A DNA stretch of 44,556 bases, taken from positions 1 through 44,556 of the forward strand of contig JBMSQQ010000018.1 of the NCBI GenBank assembly GCA_049423385.1, given 5' to 3'. Position numbers and translations under genes: made by a program. The stretch comes from Silvanigrellaceae bacterium (GTDB taxonomy: Bacteria; Bdellovibrionota_B; Oligoflexia; Silvanigrellales; Silvanigrellaceae). The notes below the pieces were generated by a model, which was not told the origin of the DNA, did not search any database, and worked only from the letters and a program-made list of their open reading frames with translations. Of this stretch, positions 10,057-19,072 are shown one piece after another (the stretch's first letter is position 1; every line of letters begins with the position of its first letter).

Positions 10057-10395
10057 TCAATGCGGAGCTGCGCCACTCAGACGCAGCAAGCTTTCAAAGG
10101 AATCCGCCTCGTTCTCATCGTGTTCAAGGAAGCGATTCACTCGTTGCATACCACACTTGCGACAGACGTAATGGATCATCCAACCCTTCTTGGGATTTGA
10201 GCTGTACGACTCCGGCTTGAGAAGTCCACCACAATTTGCGGAGCGATCACCTGGATTGACGTCGACGTGCAAGCTCCAGAGGCAACGGGGACAATGATCA
10301 CGGCAGGTGGACTGTGCCAGCGGCACAGAATGTCCACAGTTCACACAATCAAACTTCTCATTGATTTTTGTAAATTTTGGCGAATCCTGACTCAT
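10057..10395 (-). CDS. RNHCP-domain zinc-binding protein (RDHCP variant)
   Basis: FDCVNCG..CRDHCPRCLWSLHVDVNPGDR..CGG..CRKCG. Confidence 0.85.
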   Translation of the reverse strand: MSQDSPKFTKINEKFDCVNCGHSVPLAQSTCRDHCPRCLWSLHVDVNPGDRSANCGGLLKPESYSSNPKKGWMIHYVCRKCGMQRVNRFLEHDENEADSFESLLRLSGAAPH

Positions 10396-10401
10396 GCAGG
10401 C

Positions 10402-11019
10402 TCAGCCACCCCGGGCAGCGCCGGCACGCACCCGTCCGAAGCCATCGATGGCCTGCTGCGGTGTAATGCCCGGATTGCTTTCCAACCAACCGACAAAGGC
10501 CAAAATGGTGTTTCTATCCACCTCGCCCGCAACCCTGTGTCGAACAACGCCTTCAGGACTTACAAAAAACGTCTCAGGTGTTCCATAGACTCCATAATCC
10601 AGTGAAATCTTGCCCGCCCTGTCGGCGACAACGGGATAGGTGAGGGAAAAATCCTTTTGATAATTCAAAATATCCTTGATTTCGTCCTGAATGTTGACGC
10701 TCACAAACAGCACTGATGCGTCGGCCTTGGACGCATCCTCACGCCAAAAGCGCTCAAGCTCAGGTGCTTCGACACGACAGACCGTGCAGGTCGTGCTCCA
10801 GAAATTGATGACAACCCATTTTCCCTTGCCGACAACATTTCCAAGATTGAAGCTGCTTCCCTGAGCCGTGTTTTCAACGAATCCAGGTGCATTCTGCCCA
10901 ACAAGCTGACTGGGAACGTAATTTGCATCCCGGTTCAGCGCGTATACCATGAGACCTGTGAATACCAGCAGCGCTGCCAGTGCCAAATAGAGTCCAGATT
11001 TCTTCTTCGATTGTACCAC
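10402..11019 (-). CDS. ccmG: Membrane-anchored thiol:disulfide oxidoreductase, CcmG/DsbE (TlpA family)
   Basis: N-terminal TM, INFWSTTCTVC, YGVYGTPETF; follows ccmE. Confidence 0.8.
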   Translation of the reverse strand: MVQSKKKSGLYLALAALLVFTGLMVYALNRDANYVPSQLVGQNAPGFVENTAQGSSFNLGNVVGKGKWVVINFWSTTCTVCRVEAPELERFWREDASKADASVLFVSVNIQDEIKDILNYQKDFSLTYPVVADRAGKISLDYGVYGTPETFFVSPEGVVRHRVAGEVDRNTILAFVGWLESNPGITPQQAIDGFGRVRAGAARGG

Positions 11020-11053
11020 TGTTGTTCACCTTGCATTCTTCGACCACAACGGG

Positions 11054-11527
11054 TCACTTCTTTTTTTCGTGCTTCAACAAGTCGTCAACAAGTCGAGCTT
11101 CGCGCATTTTGGAGTGGTCGACTTTCGTATCGTAGACTTCACTGTGTTTGACCATGAGCAGATTGGCCTGCAGACTGTTGTCCTTCTTCAGATCCGGTTG
11201 CGACAGGCGACCTTCAACAACCACTCCCTGTCCTTCCTTGAAAAGGTCGGGAGGCACGCCTTTGTATGTTACGGCAAATTCATGGCCGTTGAGGTCACTC
11301 ATCCTGAATTTCAATATTTTGTTCATTCCGTCCCAGTCTTTGGTCCCATTCAGTACCAGGCCTGAAACCCGAAACGTTCTATCGACAAATTTTTGTGGCG
11401 AAGCGTAGACTTCAGCCGGAGTGAAGAAAGTCACAGAGCTTTCAGGCTGCACCGCCATGAAGACGATTGAACCCAGCGCACCCACAATAACAACCGAAGC
11501 CAATAATTGAGGTCTTGTAAAATTCAT
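11054..11527 (-). CDS. ccmE: Heme chaperone CcmE
   Basis: YKGVPPDLFKEGQGVVVEG; heme-binding HxxxY (KHSEVY). Confidence 0.95.
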   Translation of the reverse strand: MNFTRPQLLASVVIVGALGSIVFMAVQPESSVTFFTPAEVYASPQKFVDRTFRVSGLVLNGTKDWDGMNKILKFRMSDLNGHEFAVTYKGVPPDLFKEGQGVVVEGRLSQPDLKKDNSLQANLLMVKHSEVYDTKVDHSKMREARLVDDLLKHEKKK

Positions 11528-11554
11528 CGGTTCTGACTCCTGTCAGGCAAACAA

Positions 11555-11722
11555 TCAAAATGATTTATCGGCGGAAAGGCCCTCTTCTTTGAGTGCTTCC
11601 TGAGCCTTGCAGTATTTCTGCCGGCTTGTCACGCCAAACAGGAAAAGCGAGACAGCTACAGATGCGTACGCTCCAACAACATAGAACACCCAGGAAATAT
11701 TGCCAAATTCTGAAGTCCCCAT
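11555..11722 (-). CDS. ccmD: Heme exporter small subunit CcmD
   Basis: 55-aa single-TM protein with YVVGAY motif and charged tail, between ccmC and ccmE; start moved to ATG 11722. Confidence 0.7.
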   Translation of the reverse strand: MGTSEFGNISWVFYVVGAYASVAVSLFLFGVTSRQKYCKAQEALKEEGLSADKSF

Positions 11723-11726
11723 GATT

Positions 11727-12422
11727 TCAACGCCCTTCTCTTGCAGCTTCAAGTGATTCTTCTGCCGAAATTGCGACCCTGCGAATTTTATACATCACGA
11801 CCGTCAACAGAATCATGGCCAGCAAATTCGCCATCAAAACCATTCCAACATCAGGAGACGCGCTGCCACCCTTGCGCACAAAAGTCTGAGGCTGATGAAG
11901 TGAACGCCAGATATTGACGCTGAAATAGACCACTGGAACATTTGCAGCTGCGAGAATGGCAGTGATCTGTCCCGCATTTCGCCGTGCCTGAATATCGGGA
12001 GTGAAACTGCGAAGCACGTGATAGGCGCAACAGACAAGAAACATCACCAGAGTTGAAGTCAGGCGAGGATCCCAATCCCACCACACACCCCAAGTCGGAC
12101 GTCCCCAGATACTGCCCGTGGCCAAGGCCAACGCCGCGAACAAAGTACCCAAATCTATCGCGGCATGAGCGCTGCGATCCATGGCCTCAAAGGATGATTT
12201 TTTTACAAACCCGTAAATGGCAAAAGCGGCCGCAATGATAATCCACATGAATGCACACCATGCGACCGGCACGTGGACAAACATGATTCGAAAAACCTCG
12301 CCCTGGTCCTTGTCAGCCCCAATCCAATAAAGCCCAAGCCACCAACCCACCAACTGAATGGCGATTGCAGGTGCCAACCATTTGTTCCACCGCTTGTATG
12401 TTGTTGCCAATTCTCCAGCCAT
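11727..12422 (-). CDS. ccmC: Heme exporter CcmC
   Basis: WWD motif GSIWGRPTWGVWWDWDPRLTS; HVP and SLHQP His ligands; start set at ATG 12422 after GGAG. Confidence 0.95.
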   Translation of the reverse strand: MAGELATTYKRWNKWLAPAIAIQLVGWWLGLYWIGADKDQGEVFRIMFVHVPVAWCAFMWIIIAAAFAIYGFVKKSSFEAMDRSAHAAIDLGTLFAALALATGSIWGRPTWGVWWDWDPRLTSTLVMFLVCCAYHVLRSFTPDIQARRNAGQITAILAAANVPVVYFSVNIWRSLHQPQTFVRKGGSASPDVGMVLMANLLAMILLTVVMYKIRRVAISAEESLEAAREGR

Positions 12423-12440
12423 CGAATTCACTCCAAATCG

Positions 12441-13148
12441 TTATTCCTGAAACAATGCATGACTCAAAAGCACGCCGATCGCCAAAAACAATGCCGGCAC
12501 ACCCAACAAAATTGTCCACCACGAAGTTCCTTGTGTCCCTGCAAGCATGACGACGCCCGGATCAGAATACGTTGCCAGACTCACAGCACCCAGAAGTACA
12601 CTCAGTTGAAGTGGATAAAACAGCAGAGGCATCAATAGATCACGCCCCGTGCTGCGCGCAGTCACACATGCCAGTAGTGCTCCAATAGTCCCGGTTCCGA
12701 GATTGAAGAGCATCAGCATGGGCAAAATGATTGATGCCAAAGAGACAATGGCCGCATTGGGCACATTGTAAAAAACAATCCAGACGAGCAGCAGAGGGAT
12801 CTGCAAAGACATCAGGTACAAGACCACGAAGAGGATTTTGCCCGCCAACAGGGAAGAACGTGAAACTCCTGTGGACAAGAGCATCTCGAGAATTCCCGAT
12901 TCCGCCTCAAGAGTGAAGAGACGGGCAACTGTCAATGCCACCACGAATTCATTGATGGCCCAAAACGCGCCATGACGAATCTCGGCCTTTTGAATCAATT
13001 CCGTTCCAAATGAAAAAGGAAAAAGAATTGCCAAACAAGCCGCAAAAGCGAGTGTTCCGGCCCAGGAGGCTTTGCGCACAAAAACTGAACGCACTGAGTA
13101 TTCAAAAATCAACCAACAACTCTTGGACCAGGCAATACCACTGTTCAA
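12441..13148 (-). CDS. ccmB: Heme exporter permease CcmB
   Basis: Multi-TM; LFTLEAESGILE, LLAGK, RDLLMPLLFYP; TTG start overlaps the ccmA stop (TTGA). Confidence 0.85.
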   Translation of the reverse strand: MNSGIAWSKSCWLIFEYSVRSVFVRKASWAGTLAFAACLAILFPFSFGTELIQKAEIRHGAFWAINEFVVALTVARLFTLEAESGILEMLLSTGVSRSSLLAGKILFVVLYLMSLQIPLLLVWIVFYNVPNAAIVSLASIILPMLMLFNLGTGTIGALLACVTARSTGRDLLMPLLFYPLQLSVLLGAVSLATYSDPGVVMLAGTQGTSWWTILLGVPALFLAIGVLLSHALFQE

Positions 13149-13783
13149 GGTGCCCACCTTTTCAAGTCGACTGAGTTTCCACACCAATCAATCAATTGCT
13201 GGTCGTGTGTCGCGATCATGACTGCCGACCTGGAATTGCTGCGAAGTTCCGACATGAGTCGGAGACAAAGCCCCACCCCTTCGGTGTCCAGACCATTCGT
13301 CGGTTCATCCAGCAACAACAATTCGGGTTTCACAATCATCATGAATGCCAGCGTCAGTCTGCGCTTTTGCCCGGTCGACAATGTCCTCGCGGTCTGCTGA
13401 AATCGACCCGACAAACCAACAGATTCCAAAGCATCACGGCCTTGTTGCACATCCCAATTCATTGCATGGGCACGCACGTAGAATTCGAGATTTGCAGCCA
13501 CAGAATGATCAAGAAAAAGTGCAGGCTGACTGGCAAGGTAACAAAGTCGCACGGTAGGGTTGTTGTCATCCGTCTGAGGCCAAAGCTTCTTTTCTCCCAA
13601 AAACACTTGTCCGCGATATGGTTTTCCAACCCCGCACAATGATCTCAGCAGAGTCGTTTTGCCGAGGCCATTGGGACCAACAACCGCCATTGACTCGCCT
13701 GCATTCAATTCAAGCGAAAATCCGCGAATTAAAGTTTTGTATCCAACTTTAAGTTCGAGGTCTTCGCATTTCAGAATTGTCAC
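13145..13783 (-). CDS. ccmA: Heme ABC exporter ATPase CcmA
   Basis: GPNGLGKT, LSTGQKRR, LLLDEP, ATHD; first gene of the ccm cluster. Confidence 0.9.
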   Translation of the reverse strand: MTILKCEDLELKVGYKTLIRGFSLELNAGESMAVVGPNGLGKTTLLRSLCGVGKPYRGQVFLGEKKLWPQTDDNNPTVRLCYLASQPALFLDHSVAANLEFYVRAHAMNWDVQQGRDALESVGLSGRFQQTARTLSTGQKRRLTLAFMMIVKPELLLLDEPTNGLDTEGVGLCLRLMSELRSNSRSAVMIATHDQQLIDWCGNSVDLKRWAP

Positions 13784-14469
13784 CTGTCTTCTGCCTCATC
13801 CTGGAGTTCGTTGGCGTCGAGAATGTGGAACACGGAACCTTGGGTTTCCAGAATCCCTGCTTGTTTCAGGTCAGCGATGGCACGGCTGACGGTTTCAGGA
13901 GTGACGTCGGCAAGCTCGGCGATATCGCGCCGATTGAGCGGTGGTTCGAAGGTCGTTTGTCCTTCATCTGCGAAAACCGTGAAAAGTTCATGAATAACAG
14001 ACGCAACACGGCTTTTTGCGGGTTTATAGAGATCGTTCTCTATTCGCTTCTCGAGCCGCGCGAGTTCGTTGCAGAAGATTTTCATGAATTGCAGCGAAAC
14101 AGCCGGACTCCTTGAGATCATTTCCATCACCGCCTGGGCATCGATGGAAATCACTTCACTGTCCTTGAGCGCAACACTCGTTCTCGAGTACTTGAACTCA
14201 CCGAACACCTCTCGTATGCCGACGATATTGCCTGGCCGCACGACGCGAGTGATGACACTCTCACCCTCAGTGCTTTCGCGAACAATCTTGAGACACCCGT
14301 TTGCAACACCGTAAATGGAGCGCGGACTGTCGCCCGCAATAAAAAGGTTTTGCCCCTTCCTGAGCCTGATGACCGATGAACTGTCCTGGATCCGGGCGAG
14401 TTCGTCTTCATTCAAAGCAGGAAAAAGCCGTCTGAGCGTGTAGGTACCTTTTGATTTTTTTTCCATCAC
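13780..14469 (-). CDS. Crp/Fnr-family transcriptional regulator
   Basis: cNMP-type beta-barrel (LFIAGD..GCLKIVRE..PGNIVG) plus HTH RRDIAELADVTPETVSRAI; GTGA overlaps on both sides. Confidence 0.92.
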   Translation of the reverse strand: MMEKKSKGTYTLRRLFPALNEDELARIQDSSSVIRLRKGQNLFIAGDSPRSIYGVANGCLKIVRESTEGESVITRVVRPGNIVGIREVFGEFKYSRTSVALKDSEVISIDAQAVMEMISRSPAVSLQFMKIFCNELARLEKRIENDLYKPAKSRVASVIHELFTVFADEGQTTFEPPLNRRDIAELADVTPETVSRAIADLKQAGILETQGSVFHILDANELQDEAEDR

Positions 14470-15977
14470 AACTCCGGTGGCAGCAATCGCCCCAAATCAT
14501 CATCAATGGTGTCGCGGGCAAACTCGATCCCGACGTTGGGCCTCTTGGAGGTACCATTCACCATGGCACAAAAGGCAACCCAATCACCATCCTTCAACCG
14601 ACTGTACCCTGCCAAGCCAACCGCGTCATGTGGTTCACTCAAAGTTCCCGTTTTCGCCCTCAACCTGTCACGCAGGTGTTTGGTCTGCTCAGACTGAAAG
14701 CGTTTTTTAACCGTTCCCTCTGCACCGGGAACCGGCAAGGCATTCAAAAACGCCGGAAATTCGCGGCTGTTCAAATACATTCTTTGAAGCACCGCCACGA
14801 CATCGCGTGCTGAAAGCTTGTTTTCGTGGGTCAGACCACTCCCCGAATGCATGACAATGCCGTCCGGATTCGACTGAAATGGATTTTTTGCTTTCTGGAG
14901 TACGAACGACATGTAATTTTCCAATTGGTTCGAACCGCCATCCAGGGTGGCGCCGAATTGCTTCTTGTCATCCAGATCCAATAGAATCGTCATCATGTCG
15001 GCAATGAAGTTGTTGCTGACCTTGAAAAGGCCCATCAACTGCCAGGCCATGGGAAAGCCTTCCACACTTGCCAGCGGCCGGCCCATGTCCTTGCGCGGCT
15101 GGCGCTCGATGCGAAAACCTCGGGGTATTTGGATCCCCTCTTTTTCCAGAAACGCCTTCAGCACTGCGCCTGCGTATTGGTCGGCATCCGAGACGGAACG
15201 ATAAATCCGCGTCGGCCAGGACAACTGACCCACGTGTCCACTTGCGGTGAAAACATCCTGCAAACCTGCACGGGTACGAGTGACAGCAACCCTGGACAGG
15301 TCGCCTCCTTGAGTTTTCACCGACCCCTGCACACGGGTTGTATCGAGATCGTAGGGCTCCAAAGCCAAGTGAGCTTTGGCTCCGGGAGATTCACCCGGGC
15401 TCACCACAACGCCCATCACACTGAAATTGACTGCAGCCGCCGACAGAGGGCTGTCGTAGGCATGGCGACTCCGCCTGGCTGCGAGTTTGCGGTCTATATC
15501 GGGCTCGATGTAGCCAAAGCGCGAAGTATTCACGACCAACTGGCCCTCGACTTTGCGAATACCTGCCCGGGCGACGTCGGTCGTGAGAAACCAAAGCTTC
15601 TCGTTGGTCAACGAAGGATCACCAGCTCCCTCAAAGACAAGATCCCCTTTGAGAACCCCGTTCTTGACAGGACCCGTGCTGTAAAAACGAGTCTCAATTG
15701 AATATTCGCTGCCAAAACGTTCCAGCGCAGCAGCGGCCAATACCACCTTCGACACTGAGGCGGGAGTCATCCGTGTATCCGGATTCCATTCGCCCAAAAT
15801 CTCACCTGTGCGCAAATTTACAGCAAAGCCTGTTGCAAGAGCTCCGCTTGCGCTCAGGGATCGCAAGCCAGAAAAATCTTTACCTGTTTGAGCAAATCCT
15901 TCTGGCCCCGCGACGACCACCAGAAGCAACGTGGACAAAGAACAATTTCTGACTAATCTGAGCCAGGGTGAGAGCAT
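14466..15977 (-). CDS. dacB: D-Ala-D-Ala carboxypeptidase/endopeptidase PBP4 (S13)
   Basis: SxxK PASVSK, GAGDPSL, SxN SNN, SGSGL, KTG AKTGTL; start at ATG 15977 (SD GAGGTG) gives a signal peptide. Confidence 0.92.
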   Translation of the reverse strand: MLSPWLRLVRNCSLSTLLLVVVAGPEGFAQTGKDFSGLRSLSASGALATGFAVNLRTGEILGEWNPDTRMTPASVSKVVLAAAALERFGSEYSIETRFYSTGPVKNGVLKGDLVFEGAGDPSLTNEKLWFLTTDVARAGIRKVEGQLVVNTSRFGYIEPDIDRKLAARRSRHAYDSPLSAAAVNFSVMGVVVSPGESPGAKAHLALEPYDLDTTRVQGSVKTQGGDLSRVAVTRTRAGLQDVFTASGHVGQLSWPTRIYRSVSDADQYAGAVLKAFLEKEGIQIPRGFRIERQPRKDMGRPLASVEGFPMAWQLMGLFKVSNNFIADMMTILLDLDDKKQFGATLDGGSNQLENYMSFVLQKAKNPFQSNPDGIVMHSGSGLTHENKLSARDVVAVLQRMYLNSREFPAFLNALPVPGAEGTVKKRFQSEQTKHLRDRLRAKTGTLSEPHDAVGLAGYSRLKDGDWVAFCAMVNGTSKRPNVGIEFARDTIDDDLGRLLPPEL

Positions 15978-16053
15978 GAGATTCACCTCTATCGATTTCA
16001 AATTTAATTCAGCATTGAAGGTACCGAAGATGGCGACAAATCCCAAGGGACCC

Positions 16054-16965
16054 ATGAAAACTCCCCCGGCGGTTCCGGCAACCCATCAAACCTTGTTTGA
16101 GACTTTGCTCGAGCTCATACGCATGACGAGCACGAATTTACCGCCGGATGTGCGCAATTCGGTTGTCGACGGTCTGCAAAAGGAAAAAGCAGGGAGCGCT
16201 GGCGAATATGCAATGAAGGTTATTCAACGCAACATCGACATCGCATGTGGCGTGAGCCAACCCTTGTGTCAGGACACCGGCAGTATTCTTTTCTTCGTCA
16301 AGACCCCCGTCGGCTATGACCAAATCACTTTCTCCGAAGTGGCAGAGGCAGCAGTCGCCAAGGCCACGGAGCTTGGTTACCTTCGACAAAACTCCGTCGA
16401 CAGCATCACCGGGCAAAACTCGGGAAACAACCTCGGCCCTGGAACGCCCACGATTTATTTTGAACAACACAGATCGGATGAGCTCGACATCCGTCTGGCG
16501 CTCAAGGGCGGTGGATGCGAAAACGTGGGAGCCCAATACAGCCTCCCCGACAATCGCCTTGGAGCGGGTCGGGACCTTGAGGGTGTGCGAAAAGTGGTTC
16601 TCGATGCGGTCTATCAGGCACAAGGCAAAGGCTGTGGTCCGGGAATCCTGGGTGTGATCATCGGCGGTGATCGAAGCACAGGTTACTCATATTCAAAAAA
16701 GTTGTTCCTCCGCCCCATCGACGATGTGAATCCAGATGACCGACTTGCAGAACTGGAAAGTCGAATTCTGAAAGAGGCCAATTCTCTTGGCATTGGACCC
16801 ATGGGATTCGGTGGCAACACCACTCTTTTGGCGGTCAAGATGGCAGCTTTGAACAGATTGCCAGCAAGCTTCTACGTCACCGTTTCGTACATGTGCTGGG
16901 CGTTCAGAAGGCAAGGTCTGAAAGCAAAATCCGACGGCACCATCAAAGAATGGATTTACACATGA
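16054..16965 (+). CDS. Fe-S hydro-lyase alpha subunit (two-subunit class I fumarate hydratase/tartrate dehydratase family)
   Basis: PLCQDTG, LRQNSV, KGGGCEN, GCGP, GIGPMGFGG, MCWAFRR. Start uncertain (16030 or 16054). Confidence 0.9.
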   Translation: MKTPPAVPATHQTLFETLLELIRMTSTNLPPDVRNSVVDGLQKEKAGSAGEYAMKVIQRNIDIACGVSQPLCQDTGSILFFVKTPVGYDQITFSEVAEAAVAKATELGYLRQNSVDSITGQNSGNNLGPGTPTIYFEQHRSDELDIRLALKGGGCENVGAQYSLPDNRLGAGRDLEGVRKVVLDAVYQAQGKGCGPGILGVIIGGDRSTGYSYSKKLFLRPIDDVNPDDRLAELESRILKEANSLGIGPMGFGGNTTLLAVKMAALNRLPASFYVTVSYMCWAFRRQGLKAKSDGTIKEWIYT

Positions 16966-17549
16966 GAGAAGTAAAACTGACATTGCCAGTAACAGAACAA
17001 CAAGTCCGCGAACTCAAAGTGGGCGACATGGTCCTTTTGAGCGGCGTGCTTTACACCGGCCGCGACGCTGTCCACAAGCATCTCTATGAGGGAAAATCGA
17101 TTCCCGTGGATATCAGCGGATCGGCCATTTACCATTGCGGACCTGTAGTGGTGAAAACCGCCTCCGGAGAATGGAGCGTGCGCGCGGCTGGTCCGACAAC
17201 AAGCACCCGTGAAGAACCCTATCAAGCCACCGTTATCGAAAAATATGGAATCCGCGCAGTGATCGGCAAAGGCGGCATGGGAAACAAAACGCTCAATGCC
17301 TGCAAACAATTTGGATGCGTCTATCTGCACGCCGTTGGTGGTGCAGCGCAAGTGCTTGCCGAAAGCGTGAAACGGGTTCGTGGAGTCTCAATGCTGGAGG
17401 AATTCGGTTCTCCTGAAGCTGTTTGGGAGCTCGAGGTTGTCGATTTTCCGGCGCTCGTCACGATTGATGCTCACGGTAACAGCCTTCATGCCGACGTTGC
17501 TGCGTCGAGTGAAGAAAAGCTCAACACATTGCTTGGACCAAAAAAATAA
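16962..17549 (+). CDS. Fe-S hydro-lyase beta subunit (fumarate hydratase C-terminal domain)
   Basis: LKVGD..LSG..TGRDAVH, YHCGP, AGPTTSTRE, IGKGG, DAHGNSL; ATGA overlap with the alpha gene. Confidence 0.9.
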   Translation: MREVKLTLPVTEQQVRELKVGDMVLLSGVLYTGRDAVHKHLYEGKSIPVDISGSAIYHCGPVVVKTASGEWSVRAAGPTTSTREEPYQATVIEKYGIRAVIGKGGMGNKTLNACKQFGCVYLHAVGGAAQVLAESVKRVRGVSMLEEFGSPEAVWELEVVDFPALVTIDAHGNSLHADVAASSEEKLNTLLGPKK

Positions 17550-17564
17550 ATCGAGGAATTTGAG

Positions 17565-18488
17565 ATGGAAAACGTTGTTATTATCGGCTCTGGACCTGCG
17601 GGTCTCACAGCAGGAATCTACACATCCCGGGCAGCATTGAATCCTGTGCTCATCGCCGGACTCCAACCCGGAGGACAATTGACGACAACGAGCATCGTCG
17701 AGAATTGGCCTGGAACACCGGAAGGTGTGGACGGCAACAAGCTCATGCAGGATATGCGCGCTCAAGCAGAAAAATATGGAACCCGCATCACCCATGGAAC
17801 GGTCATGAAGCTCGAAAAAATTGCGGGCGGCTTCCGAATCCACACGGACTCAAACCCAATCGACTGCAAAACCATCATCGTGGCCACAGGCGCAAGTGCA
17901 ATCACACTTCCGCTGCCCAACAAGGAAAAACTGATGGGTTACGGTTTGTCGACCTGTGCGGTTTGCGATGGATTCTTCTACCGCAATAAAACCGTGGCTG
18001 TGGTTGGCGGAGGTGACAGTGCGATGGAAGAGGCTCATTACCTTGCCAAACTCGCAGCGAGCGTGACGCTTGTCCATCGTCGCGACAAGTTTCGCGCCAG
18101 CAAAGCCATGCAGGACAAAGTTTTCAGCAATCCGAAAATCAAAATCATCTGGAACACCGAAGTTGTCGACACCACTTCGGACTCAAGTGGTTTGACAGGT
18201 ATTGTCATGAAAAATGCCAATGGCGAGACGACCCAATTGAAAGTTGACGGATTGTTCATGGCCATTGGTCACAACCCCAACACAGAATTCCTGCGTGGAT
18301 TGGTCGAACTCGATCCACAAGGTTACGTTCTTTGCAAACCAGGCAGCACTGCGACAAATGTTCCGGGGATTTTCGCTGCCGGCGACGTCGAGGACAACAA
18401 GTTCCGCCAAGCCATCACATCTGCAGGGCGCGGCTGCCAGGCAGCCCTCGAAGCGGAACGTTTCATTGAGGGACACGCTGGGGCATGA
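17565..18488 (+). CDS. trxB: Thioredoxin-disulfide reductase
   Basis: IIGSGPAG, GGQLTTT, CAVCDG, VGGGDSAMEE, HRRD, FAAGDV; SD GAGGA. Confidence 0.97.
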   Translation: MENVVIIGSGPAGLTAGIYTSRAALNPVLIAGLQPGGQLTTTSIVENWPGTPEGVDGNKLMQDMRAQAEKYGTRITHGTVMKLEKIAGGFRIHTDSNPIDCKTIIVATGASAITLPLPNKEKLMGYGLSTCAVCDGFFYRNKTVAVVGGGDSAMEEAHYLAKLAASVTLVHRRDKFRASKAMQDKVFSNPKIKIIWNTEVVDTTSDSSGLTGIVMKNANGETTQLKVDGLFMAIGHNPNTEFLRGLVELDPQGYVLCKPGSTATNVPGIFAAGDVEDNKFRQAITSAGRGCQAALEAERFIEGHAGA

Positions 18489-18533
18489 GCCCTGCCTTCG
18501 GGGCCTGGCTCCGCCCCGTTCTGAATTTCAAAG

Positions 18534-18989
18534 TCAGAGGGGCGGACGCGGAGCCTTGAGAGATGGATCATGGAGTCCATGACAGAGCTGATTGAGCCCC
18601 TCGTCCTTGACGTCCGCACAAAACCGCGTGTTGTTCTGAACATGCGAGTAGCACAAGAATTCCAAATTTGGATTCTCAATTTCAAAACATGCCAAAGACG
18701 TCTTTTGTTGCAGCGCGTGGCAGTATAAAACCAGATGCTCATCCGCGATATTTTCACATTCATATGGGTCTTTTTTGGAACTGCTGACACAGAGATCACG
18801 CCAATTCTTGTCTTCGATGAGTGAGCACTCTGATGTCTTGTTGGAACGCTTGGCCGCACAGAACGCATGGAGGTCCGGGTTTTGAACCGCTGAACACGGT
18901 GCTGAAGCTGTTGGAGTTGCAAACGCTTCACCGGCAAAGACATCTGCTGAAAACATAATCATCAGCACTAGAAAAACATTTTTCATCAT
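18534..18989 (-). CDS. Secreted Cys-rich protein with five 23-aa C-x11-C repeats
   Basis: Start at ATG 18989 (SD GGAGG); signal peptide ending VFA; 10 Cys at regular spacing. Confidence 0.75.
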   Translation of the reverse strand: MMKNVFLVLMIMFSADVFAGEAFATPTASAPCSAVQNPDLHAFCAAKRSNKTSECSLIEDKNWRDLCVSSSKKDPYECENIADEHLVLYCHALQQKTSLACFEIENPNLEFLCYSHVQNNTRFCADVKDEGLNQLCHGLHDPSLKAPRPPL

Positions 18990-19072
18990 GTCGAATTCCT
19001 CCCAAAAGGTAACACTACACCCCGTCCTGCCGCCCGCAAGCATGGTTTCGTCAATATCGGCGTCATTGCGGT

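Noticed and set aside
15978..16053. FNR/CRP box for the Crp/Fnr regulator upstream of the dacB operon
   Set aside because: No convincing TTGAT-N4-ATCAA or TGTGA-N6-TCACA site found by eye.
18487..18511. GC hairpin after trxB
   Set aside because: Interrupted stem and no U-tract; too weak to call a terminator.
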